DNA of 27,430 nt from an archaeon (GTDB lineage Archaea; SpSt-1190; DYHY01), in the NCBI GenBank assembly GCA_043803745.1, contig JAZDJS010000038.1, positions 1-27,430 of the forward strand, written 5' to 3'. A program made the translations under genes and the position numbers. The notes beneath the pieces were generated by a model. It was given only the letters and a program-made list of their open reading frames with translations, was not told the DNA's origin and did no database searches. Each line of letters starts with the position of its first letter. The first letter of the stretch is position 1. Of this stretch, positions 16,709 to 24,330 are shown piece after piece.

Positions 16709-18169
16709 CTATCCCTTCAAAACTCCAAGCGGCTTCAGGCGGGCGACAACCGTCCCTATCCCCGCCTCGTCGGAGACCCTTGCAACCTCGTCAACGTCCT
16801 TGTAGCAGTCGGGCGCCTCCTCTGCAACCGATTTCCAGGATGCGCATTTGACAATGATGCCCTTTCCGGAAAGGTTGCGCGCGATTTCCTCGCCCCGGTG
16901 CTTTCGCAAAGCCTCCCCTCTGCTCATGACGCGTCCGGCTCCGTGGGCGGTCGAGCCGAACGTCTTTTCTATTGCTTTTGCGCTGCCGACAAGGACGTAG
17001 CTTGCAGTCCCCATGCTTCCCGGAAGGAGCACGGGTTGTCCTATTGATCGGTATTCTTGGGGAACTTCGGGGCGCCCAGGCCCGAAAGCGCGGGTTGCGC
17101 CCTTCCTGTGAAGGTAGACCTTCCCGCCGTAATCCTCTATTTTGGCAATGTTGTGCGCAACGTCATAGACAAGGGACATTCCAAACTTCTCAGGGTCCGC
17201 CCTGAAAACCTGCCCAAACGCCCTGCGGATTCCGGAGGTTATCGCCTGTCTGTTCGCAAATGCGAAATTCACTGCCCCGACCATTGCGGAAAAATAGTCG
17301 GCTGCCTCGCGCGTTCCTGCCGGCGCATAAGCTAGCTCCCTGTCCGGGAGCTCCGCTATTTCCTTGTGGAACTTGTCCTCCATTATCCGAAGATAGTCCG
17401 AGCATACCTGGTGCCCGAGCCCCCGGGAGCCGCAATGCACCATTATCACTATTTGCCCTGGGGAAATCCCGAATGTTTTTGCAGCAGCCTGGTTTGCGAT
17501 TTCCTGGATTTCCTGGATTTCCAGGAAATGGTTCCCGGCTCCGAGGGTTCCGAGCTGGTCCTTCCCCCGCTTTTTCGCGTCAGGGGAGACTTTTCCGGGC
17601 TCCGCCCCTGGCATCCGCCCCTTTTCCTCGCAAAACTCCAGGTCGCCGGGAAATCCCGCTTCCTGGCGAACAGGTATTCGCGAGCCTTCCGAAAGTATTT
17701 CATCAATCTCCTGCGCGGAGAGCTTTTTCTTGGTGCCCCTTCCGACTCCGGAAGGGACTGCCTCGTGGAGCGCGTCTAAGAGTTCCTTCATTTTCGGGCG
17801 GACCTCCTGTGCGGAAAGGTTCGTCCGTATCAGGCGGACCCCGCAATTTATGTCATATCCGATTCCGCCCGGGGAAATTCCGCCGGTTTCATAGTCGAGA
17901 GCGGCAACTCCGCCTATTGGAAACCCGTATCCCTCGTGCGCATCCGGCATTGCAACCGGGGTTCCGTGGATTCCCGGAAGGCATGCGATGTTCGCAAGCT
18001 GCCTGAGCGTGCGGTCCTGGCGGATTTTCTGGAGGAGGATCTCGCTTGCAATGAGGCGAGAGGAGGTTTTCATTCCCGGGACAGTCCCCTTCGGGATCTC
18101 CCATTCAACCGGGCCTAGCCGCGTCAGCTGGAGCGACTGGGTGTCAAGGAGATGTTGCGGAGAATCCAT
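16709..18169 (-). CDS. rtcB: RNA-splicing ligase RtcB (no intein)
   Basis: MPDAHEGYGFPIGG, GYDINCGVR, GNHFLE, HCGSRG, HNIAK, HRKGATRAF, PGSMGT, HGAGR. Confidence 0.98.
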   Translation of the reverse strand: MDSPQHLLDTQSLQLTRLGPVEWEIPKGTVPGMKTSSRLIASEILLQKIRQDRTLRQLANIACLPGIHGTPVAMPDAHEGYGFPIGGVAALDYETGGISPGGIGYDINCGVRLIRTNLSAQEVRPKMKELLDALHEAVPSGVGRGTKKKLSAQEIDEILSEGSRIPVRQEAGFPGDLEFCEEKGRMPGAEPGKVSPDAKKRGKDQLGTLGAGNHFLEIQEIQEIANQAAAKTFGISPGQIVIMVHCGSRGLGHQVCSDYLRIMEDKFHKEIAELPDRELAYAPAGTREAADYFSAMVGAVNFAFANRQAITSGIRRAFGQVFRADPEKFGMSLVYDVAHNIAKIEDYGGKVYLHRKGATRAFGPGRPEVPQEYRSIGQPVLLPGSMGTASYVLVGSAKAIEKTFGSTAHGAGRVMSRGEALRKHRGEEIARNLSGKGIIVKCASWKSVAEEAPDCYKDVDEVARVSDEAGIGTVVARLKPLGVLKG

Positions 18170-18192
18170 TGTCTCACAAGCGCGAAGCTGTG

Positions 18193-18200
18193 AATAAAAA
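18193..18200 (-). promoter_or_regulatory. TATA-like TTTTTATT upstream of rtcB
   Basis: 24-31 nt upstream of ATG 18169. Confidence 0.5.
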
Positions 18201-18242
18201 CCTGTCGGACCTTCGAGCAGGGCGTCCCGAGGGCGCCTCGAA

Positions 18243-18674
18243 TTAGATGTCGATTATTGCCCTGCAGAAGAATTTTGCGCCCTTGCGCCCGACCGCCATC
18301 TCATGGTATGTGACTGCCTTGACAAGCGAGAGCTGCGGATGCCTTTCGGAAATTTTTTCCCCCCAGATTTCCGCGGAAAGGGACTTGTCAGAGAGCGAAA
18401 CCCTGAATTTCGAGAAGAACATCCGCCTTGAATCGTAGAGGAACACGAGCTTGTCAAGGAAGTCGTATAGGAGCGAAACGTCGTCGCCTCGGCGCAGAAG
18501 CTTGAATGCAATCCTTTTGACCTGCTTTACTTTCCGCAGTTCGGTCATTGATGAAAAGGTTGCCGCGCCCGCTGCCTCGAACGCTGCCGGAAGGGTCCGG
18601 CCGTATGACTCGAATTCTACGTCCGTCGTGTGCGGAAGGAACTTGAACCGCTTCTCCGGGCCCCGCGCTGCCAT
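18243..18674 (-). CDS. archease (RtcB cofactor)
   Basis: FLPHTTD, VKAVTYHEM, C-terminal IIDI; adjacent to rtcB; AGGTGA SD upstream. Confidence 0.96.
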   Translation of the reverse strand: MAARGPEKRFKFLPHTTDVEFESYGRTLPAAFEAAGAATFSSMTELRKVKQVKRIAFKLLRRGDDVSLLYDFLDKLVFLYDSRRMFFSKFRVSLSDKSLSAEIWGEKISERHPQLSLVKAVTYHEMAVGRKGAKFFCRAIIDI

Positions 18675-18722
18675 TTGTCACCTGAATCGCCCCCGGACTA
18701 ATAAGCCCTTTGGAGGCCCGAA

Positions 18723-19343
18723 TCACCGTTTCTTCTTTGCCTTTTTAGCCTTGCCCGCAACAGGCCGTCTGCCTTCCAGCTTCTCTGTTTCCCCGGCAAC
18801 AATATCTGCAATGTGATTGGTGTATCTTGAAAGCTCCTTGTAGAATATTCTTCCGGAAGCCCAAAAAAGCGACAGTGCTGCGCCAATAAGGACGAAAAGG
18901 ACGACTGTTGCAATTGTCGGACCAATGACCGGAATAAGCGCAAGGGTTCCCGGTATGAACGGCGTCAAGAGGACGAGCAGGATTGCGATTACGATTTCCT
19001 TTATCGCCTTTTTCACGCTGTTCGCCTCCGTTTCCTTGATCATCGGGGTCAAATGCACAAATGTTTCTGCGGCAGTTTCGGCAATTGCGACAACGTCTTG
19101 AATGACTGCAATCGCGAAATAAAGTATTACAACGACCATTGAAACGATCACTAGGAACCCGGTTGAAACCTGGGAGCCGGGAATTACTGCCCCGAGGCTC
19201 TGAACTGCCGGGGAAATGAGCGTTGCAACAAACCATATTGAAAACATTACCGCAAGGTTGAGAATTACTCTTGGCAACTTCGTTCTTATTTTGTTCCCCA
19301 GTTCTGACATTTTTGCACCTTTTGTAGCTCTTTCCAGTGACAT
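18723..19343 (-). CDS. hypothetical membrane protein (about 4 TM helices, Lys-rich C-terminus)
   Basis: Four hydrophobic segments; own BRE/TATA (CGAAAGGTC TTTAAAAA) 25-32 nt upstream of ATG 19343. Alternative start at the Met of MSELG. Confidence 0.8.
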   Translation of the reverse strand: MSLERATKGAKMSELGNKIRTKLPRVILNLAVMFSIWFVATLISPAVQSLGAVIPGSQVSTGFLVIVSMVVVILYFAIAVIQDVVAIAETAAETFVHLTPMIKETEANSVKKAIKEIVIAILLVLLTPFIPGTLALIPVIGPTIATVVLFVLIGAALSLFWASGRIFYKELSRYTNHIADIVAGETEKLEGRRPVAGKAKKAKKKR

Positions 19344-19363
19344 ATTTATCCGATTGGCAACTT

Positions 19364-19379
19364 GGTCTTTTTAAAGACC
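19364..19379. promoter_or_regulatory. palindrome GGTCTTT-TT-AAAGACC containing a TATA box readable on both strands
   Basis: Perfect 7-bp inverted repeat around TTTTTAAA; correct spacing for the 19343 ATG on the minus strand. Confidence 0.55.
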
Positions 19380-19394
19380 TTTCGGCGACATGTT

Positions 19395-19664
19395 TTAGAA
19401 AATCCCTCTTGCTCGGGCAAGAATCAGTTTATCCGAAAGGAATGGGGCGACGCTCCCATCCCCAGATGTCGGCTGGGGAAAGAAAGCGCCCAGAGTCACC
19501 TGGGCAAGTTCGGCGGGTCGGAGAACTGAGACTGCTCCGCAGGTTATGCACTGGTGAATCCGTGTCCTGTTTCTTATTTCTCCCTTGGGAGAATTTGTGG
19601 AACTGCCGCCAATTAGCCAGTATTTGCCGCACTTTCGGCACGCTTGGACTTTGGCAGCTTCCAT
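19395..19664 (-). CDS. small zinc-ribbon protein (CRKC...CITC), 89 aa
   Basis: MEAAKVQACRKCGKYWLIG...RTRIHQCITCGAV; a TATATC box lies about 22-27 nt upstream of ATG 19664, so the 19796 start in the ORF track is probably over-extended. Confidence 0.65.
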   Translation of the reverse strand: MEAAKVQACRKCGKYWLIGGSSTNSPKGEIRNRTRIHQCITCGAVSVLRPAELAQVTLGAFFPQPTSGDGSVAPFLSDKLILARARGIF

Positions 19665-19714
19665 GGGGTTCCTTGGGATTTGGATGATATATGGACGGGG
19701 AGGGAGTGACTTTC

Positions 19715-19807
19715 CGATATTCGCGTTTGTCTGGCGTCTTGTTGCGAATATCGACTTCGCTGCGCTCAGCCAGTATTCGGCGATGACTAGTTTCATTTCG
19801 CCGAATA
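19715..19807. repeat. two tandem 10-bp inverted repeats sharing TATTCG-N21/22-CGAATA
   Basis: CGATATTCGC (19715-24) pairs with GCGAATATCG (19744-53); TATTCGGCGA (19774-83) pairs with TCGCCGAATA (19798-807). Confidence 0.8.
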
Positions 19808-19810
19808 TTC

Positions 19811-19816
19811 TTTATA
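19811..19816 (+). promoter_or_regulatory. TATA box TTTATA for the HemK2-like gene
   Basis: 22-27 nt upstream of ATG 19838. Confidence 0.55.
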
Positions 19817-19837
19817 CTGGCGAGAAACATTCCAAGA

Positions 19838-20383
19838 ATGGCTGCTCCGAACTTTCCGGCGCCCAGGGAAGTTTACGACCCCCAGGAAGATTCTAAACTT
19901 CTGTTGGAGAAAATAGAAGGGCTCTCCGGAAAGCGGGCCTGTGACATGGGGACTGGCTCGGGGATTCTTGCGAAAAAACTTGCAAAGAGTTTCGCGCAAG
20001 TCATTGCCGTTGACGTGAACCCGGAAGCGGGAAAGGTGGAATTTCCAGGGAACGTTGAGTTTGTCAAAGGGAACCTCTTCTCGCGCATTGCCAAGCGCGA
20101 GAACTTCGACCTGATTGTTTTCAACTCCCCGTACCTTCCCGGCTACGAAGACAGGAGATGGTCCTGCGGGGAAGGCGAGGTCCTTGTCGAATTCCTGAAA
20201 AGCGCGGAGGGGCATCTTGAAGATGACGGGAAGATACTTTTCCTAATATCCTCGCTTACTCCGAAAATAGTTTCCGCAACTGCGCGGAAGCTCTACCGCG
20301 TCGAGGTTGTTGGCGAAGCGCGGCTTCCCGGTTTTGAGACTCTCTTCGTCCTCAGGCTTTGCCAGAAGAAAGCTTTTCCGTGA
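19838..20383 (+). CDS. HemK2/Mtq2-family class I SAM methyltransferase (putative aRF1 Gln N5-methyltransferase)
   Basis: VYDPQEDSKLL, DMGTGSG, DVNP, FDLIVFNSPYLP (NPPY-like). Confidence 0.88.
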   Translation: MAAPNFPAPREVYDPQEDSKLLLEKIEGLSGKRACDMGTGSGILAKKLAKSFAQVIAVDVNPEAGKVEFPGNVEFVKGNLFSRIAKRENFDLIVFNSPYLPGYEDRRWSCGEGEVLVEFLKSAEGHLEDDGKILFLISSLTPKIVSATARKLYRVEVVGEARLPGFETLFVLRLCQKKAFP

Positions 20384-20948
20384 TTGTCCGGAGCACCTGC
20401 TTCCTGAATGGGTTTTCCCGCAAGCCCCGGGACTCCTTGACTGCGCTTGCGGCCGCTGCGATTACGCTCGCAACCTGCTCGGCATCCAGGTTCTTGGTGT
20501 TCACCTCAATATCGATATGTTTGTGATTGTTGATGTCAATCCCGTATTTTTCAAAATATCTTTCCTTGTTTTTCTCGTCCCGCTGCTTGACAAATGCGAA
20601 CGATTCCTCGAATGTTTGGTTGTCCTTGCCAATGTTCCGTCTTGCCCTTGTTTCAAGGGGGGCTGAAAGCCAGACATAAAGGTCCGCGTCAGCAAGCCAG
20701 CAAGAAAGCCGCGAGCCCGTCACGAAACTCTCGGACGTTTCATAAAGCTCTATTTGCCTCTTGTCAACTAGGTAGTCTAGCGTCTTGTCGGTTTCCGCCT
20801 CAGACTGGACCTGTGCGAACGGGACGCCGCGTTCCTTTGCAAGGGAGCGCATTGTGTAGTTTATGAAGGGGATTTTCAGCTTCTGAGAAATGAGCTCGCA
20901 TGCTGTTGTTGTCCCGGCTCCCGAAAGGCTCGAAATTGTTATTTTCAT
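20352..20948 (-). CDS. cmk: cytidylate kinase, archaeal type
   Basis: MKITISSLSGAGTTT, MRSLAKERG, DYLVDKRQ, GSRLSCWL, VWLSAPLETRARR, RYFEKYGIDI. Start ATG 20948 with a TTTTTA box at 20975-20970. Confidence 0.9.
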   Translation of the reverse strand: MKITISSLSGAGTTTACELISQKLKIPFINYTMRSLAKERGVPFAQVQSEAETDKTLDYLVDKRQIELYETSESFVTGSRLSCWLADADLYVWLSAPLETRARRNIGKDNQTFEESFAFVKQRDEKNKERYFEKYGIDINNHKHIDIEVNTKNLDAEQVASVIAAAASAVKESRGLRENPFRKQVLRTITEKLSSGKA

Positions 20949-20991
20949 TACCGGTCGTTGCGCACTCGGTAAAAATACTTTTGCATCCCAC

Positions 20992-22587
20992 TCAAGTTCC
21001 CAGGGAATAGTAGCCGAATGTTCCTGCGCTGTCGGAAATGACCTTTTCCGCGCCAATCCTAGAGATTAGCCGGGCGCACTGGTCATCCTTGAAGGGCGGA
21101 ACGGCGCACCAGAAGCCGTAGTCGAAAAGGAGGCATTCGCGTTTTTCCCTCGTTTTCGAGAGGAGCGAGGGATCCTCGAGATACCAGGGTTGGACCGTTG
21201 GGATGCCAAGGTCGTTGTAGATCGATGTCACGTGGGACGCGATTGTGCAGTTCCTAGGAAGGTCCGCACCGAACACGAATGTTTTGTAATCCCGTGCAAG
21301 CTTGGCCTCGGCTATCTTTTCAGCTGGGGTTGTCACCTGGCTGAGTGAGTTGAATGCGAAACTTCCGATTATCACGAGGGAGAATATCGCAAGACCTTTC
21401 CAGGAGAACTTGGAACCGATTGCCGCGGCAAGAAGAGTCAACGCAGGATAGTATGCCAGCGCGTAGCGGACATCCGTCCCGTAGCGGACGCTGCCAGCAT
21501 AGAACGAGCAATAGAGGAAGAAAAACGAGAGGAACCACGTCAGGAGGAAAACCGCTGCCCCGCGCCGCCCTGGAAGGGCGAGCAGAAGCACGAGCCCTGC
21601 AAGAGCTGAAATTGTCAGAATGAATGGGTGTGCTATTCCGGGATAGCCGAAAAGGAGGAATCTTGAGTTTATTGGCAGGTTCGTCTTGAAGCTTTCGACC
21701 GAAAACTTGGCTGATGTGTCCGCGCCCCAGTTGCTGTTCTTTCCGGCAATGTAGACGTGATAGAGCGAAACTGATGAGAGGAGGAAGAATAGGGCTGCTG
21801 CGAGGAGAATAGGAATTATTTTTCTGAGGAGCTTTCGGCCGTTGAGAATGAGGAGTCCGAGCGCGAAAACCGGGACAAACAGGATTCCTTCCGCCTTTGC
21901 CTGGGCAAGGAAGGAAAGCGAACAGGCGAGCGCGAAGAGGAATGCGCTTCTCCGTGTCCTGGAAAAAAGTAGGAGGATGAACAGCGAAAGGAGGGAGAAA
22001 AAGAATACCGTCGGTTCCGCTGCGGCCGTCATTGACCATTCGAGGAAAACGGGAATTGTTGATGCGAAAACTGCTGCCAATACGCCCGCCCTTGCGCTGT
22101 TGAAAAGGAGATATCCGCAGAGGAATACAAGCAGGATTGAAAGGGTCGGCACTATCAGGGAATTGAGAAAATGGGCCCGCCCGATGCCGAAGAATAGGGA
22201 GAATATTGAAAGGACGAACGGGTGCGCCGAGGGTGCTTTGTTGAGTATGCAATCGCTGCATCCGTTGGTCTCAAACGCTGCGTTGCACATGCAGGCGCGG
22301 AGGGATTCCGCGATGTTCTTTCCTGTGTTGAGATAAAGGTCCTCGTCGAAATAAACGCGGTTTGTCAGGGGAACTGCGGCAATCCTGAAAATAGTTGCGG
22401 CAGCGAGAACCGTTGCGAAAACCAGCCAGTAATTTCTTTTTATTCCTCCTAGCTGCCTGGCCGTTTCCCGCGCGGTCAAAACTCCCATAAAAACCAGGAG
22501 CACGAGGGAGATTATCAGGAGGATCGGCTCTCCTTTTGAGATCAAGGAAAACTGCGAAACAGTGTTTGGAAAAAGATCTCCGCTCAT
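20992..22587 (-). CDS. GT-C fold glycosyltransferase (ArnT/PMT-like, lipid-phosphate-sugar dependent)
   Basis: About 12 TM helices; first-loop RVYFDEDLY acidic DE motif; late-loop DVRY; short soluble C-terminal domain. Confidence 0.8.
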   Translation of the reverse strand: MSGDLFPNTVSQFSLISKGEPILLIISLVLLVFMGVLTARETARQLGGIKRNYWLVFATVLAAATIFRIAAVPLTNRVYFDEDLYLNTGKNIAESLRACMCNAAFETNGCSDCILNKAPSAHPFVLSIFSLFFGIGRAHFLNSLIVPTLSILLVFLCGYLLFNSARAGVLAAVFASTIPVFLEWSMTAAAEPTVFFFSLLSLFILLLFSRTRRSAFLFALACSLSFLAQAKAEGILFVPVFALGLLILNGRKLLRKIIPILLAAALFFLLSSVSLYHVYIAGKNSNWGADTSAKFSVESFKTNLPINSRFLLFGYPGIAHPFILTISALAGLVLLLALPGRRGAAVFLLTWFLSFFFLYCSFYAGSVRYGTDVRYALAYYPALTLLAAAIGSKFSWKGLAIFSLVIIGSFAFNSLSQVTTPAEKIAEAKLARDYKTFVFGADLPRNCTIASHVTSIYNDLGIPTVQPWYLEDPSLLSKTREKRECLLFDYGFWCAVPPFKDDQCARLISRIGAEKVISDSAGTFGYYSLGT

Positions 22588-24323
22588 TTTCTTCCTTTTT
22601 CGGCCTTCAGTTCGATGTGAACCCCTTCGGCGAACATGTGGCGGGTTCCGGTCCGTTCCATCATGTCGAGGGCTTCCGAGATGCGGCAGACTATCGGGTC
22701 GCCGTGGAAGTTGAAGCTTGTGTTGAGGACTGCCCCTGTGCCTGTCTTTCTCCTCACTTCCGAAAGGAGTTCCAGGTATTCCGCGTTCTCCTTGCCAACC
22801 ATTTGCGGGCGGGCCGAATTGTCGATGTGAGTCGCTGCCGCAATCTTCTTCTCCGCAGATGCTTTGCAGGAATAACCCATTGTCATGAATTTGTCGGGGA
22901 CGCCGTCATAATCGGTGAAAAGCCGCCTCGCTTCGCCTTCGAGAATTGACGGGCAGAATGGCTGGTACCAGTTGCGCTCCTTTATTCTCAGATTGAGCTC
23001 GTTCTTAACTTCCATCGAGCTTGCGGGGGCTATTATGCTTCGGTTGCCGAGGGCGCGGGGGCCGTATTCCATCTTCCCTTGGAAGAGGAAGAAGAAATCG
23101 TTTCCGCCGAGGATCTCCGCAGCAGACTTTTGCCATCCGTTCCTCCGTTCCTCCGCATGCCTGAATACCTTCCGTTTTCCGAGTTCGTCCAGGACCGATT
23201 CCTTCGTTTCGGAAGGCCCGAAATAGACTTCCGAAAGCTTCCTTTCATATGGGACTCCCGCCACGAGAAGGGCTGCTCCGGCGGCAAGCCCTCCATCCCC
23301 CATGTGGGGGAATATGAACCAGTCCTTCGGGCGAAGCTCCTGCCGTATCCTTTGGTTGAGCTTTATGTTCGAGGCAACCCCTCCGGCCCAGCAGACTTTT
23401 TTTGCGCCCGTTTCCCTGAGCGCGTTGCTGAAAAGCTTGAGAAGTGTTTCCTCGAGGGTGTCCTGCGCCATCTTCGCGAAATCCTCGGGGGGCGTCCTCC
23501 AGGCAAGTCGCTCAAGGAAATTGTACTGGGCGATCGGCCCGAGCCTTGCGCGGAGCCTGAGACCGTCTACTGAGAAGAGCCCGGCCATTTTGTTGCTTGT
23601 CTTGTGGCTGTAGTCGGCGAGGCTCATCACCTTGCCCTCGTCCTCAAGCTCCCTCATTCCGAGGACGGTCGTGACCTGCTCGAAGAATATTCCTATCGAG
23701 TCGCGCGCGGGGATTTCTGCGATCCTGTCGATTCGCCCGTCTTCGCAGTAGTTTATCGTCCCGGAAAGGCCGTCGCCTATCCCGTCAAGGGTCACACACA
23801 GCGCGCCATCAGCGAATCCGGACGGAAAATATGCGGTTGCCGCATGTGCCGCATGGTGGTCGACCGCATGGATCCTGAATTTCCCGAACCCCATCTTGCG
23901 GAGGGTGCCGGAAACGTGCGCCTCGTTCACTCTCCTGAGAAGCGCTTTGGGTCTTGCCGGCTGCGTTGAGATGAATTTGAAATATCTGACTAGGTTGACG
24001 AACGCGGGGCGGTCCGTTTTCCTCCTGCGGAACTGATAGTACATCTGGCCGAATTTGGGGAAAAGCCGCGAGGTTGTTTTCGCCCAGTCAGTTGTCGAAA
24101 AGGCAACGTCCGATATTTCGTCCCCGGAAAGCCCGGAAACCTCAAGGCAGGCCTCGACTGACTTGTAGGGGAACCCCGCGTGCATCTTCTTCCGGGAAAA
24201 TCGCTCCTCGTTGACCGCGGCGAGGATTTTCCCGTTTTCGCTGACAACCGCTGCGCCGGCATCGTGTCCGTCCCATATGCCGAGGATTTTTCCGCCGCTC
24301 ATCAAGGTTGGTTTTCTTGCCAT
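22584..24323 (-). CDS. carbamoyltransferase, NodU/CmcH/TobZ family
   Basis: ILGI..GHDAGAA, NEERFSRKK, DHHAAHAA (Kae1-like metal site), TLDGIGD, AGGVASN, GDGG, MEYGPRALGNRSI, IKER.W.QPF.PS, THIDNSARPQ, LNTSFN.HG.PIV. Confidence 0.96.
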   Translation of the reverse strand: MARKPTLMSGGKILGIWDGHDAGAAVVSENGKILAAVNEERFSRKKMHAGFPYKSVEACLEVSGLSGDEISDVAFSTTDWAKTTSRLFPKFGQMYYQFRRRKTDRPAFVNLVRYFKFISTQPARPKALLRRVNEAHVSGTLRKMGFGKFRIHAVDHHAAHAATAYFPSGFADGALCVTLDGIGDGLSGTINYCEDGRIDRIAEIPARDSIGIFFEQVTTVLGMRELEDEGKVMSLADYSHKTSNKMAGLFSVDGLRLRARLGPIAQYNFLERLAWRTPPEDFAKMAQDTLEETLLKLFSNALRETGAKKVCWAGGVASNIKLNQRIRQELRPKDWFIFPHMGDGGLAAGAALLVAGVPYERKLSEVYFGPSETKESVLDELGKRKVFRHAEERRNGWQKSAAEILGGNDFFFLFQGKMEYGPRALGNRSIIAPASSMEVKNELNLRIKERNWYQPFCPSILEGEARRLFTDYDGVPDKFMTMGYSCKASAEKKIAAATHIDNSARPQMVGKENAEYLELLSEVRRKTGTGAVLNTSFNFHGDPIVCRISEALDMMERTGTRHMFAEGVHIELKAEKGRK

Positions 24324-24330
24324 TGCTTGG

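Noticed and set aside
17840-17870. Intein at the usual RtcB insertion point (DIN/CG)
   Set aside because: GYDINCGVR is continuous and the protein is normal length (486 aa).
19470-19720. RNase P RNA or SRP RNA (fragments such as AAAGCGCCCAGAG and minus-strand GGAAAGTCAC)
   Set aside because: The two P4-forming conserved regions are not found together on one strand, and there is no SRP helix-8 motif. An Infernal scan would settle it.
19429-19896. Alternative ORFs 19429-19830(-), 19585-19896(+) and the 19665-19796 extension
   Set aside because: No motifs; they run across the inverted-repeat/promoter region. The zinc-ribbon frame from ATG 19664 explains the locus better.
21320-22261. 313-aa alternate-frame ORF within the GT-C gene (also 25938-26618 and 26640-27350 within aglB)
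   Set aside because: Arg/Pro/Ser-rich off-frame translations of membrane-protein genes; the main frames are intact, with no sign of frameshifting.
22584-24323. Kae1/TsaD or HypF assignment for the carbamoyltransferase
   Set aside because: The C-terminal GPRALGNRS and LNTSFN motifs and the domain order match the NodU/CmcH family; there are no HypF acylphosphatase or zinc-finger domains.
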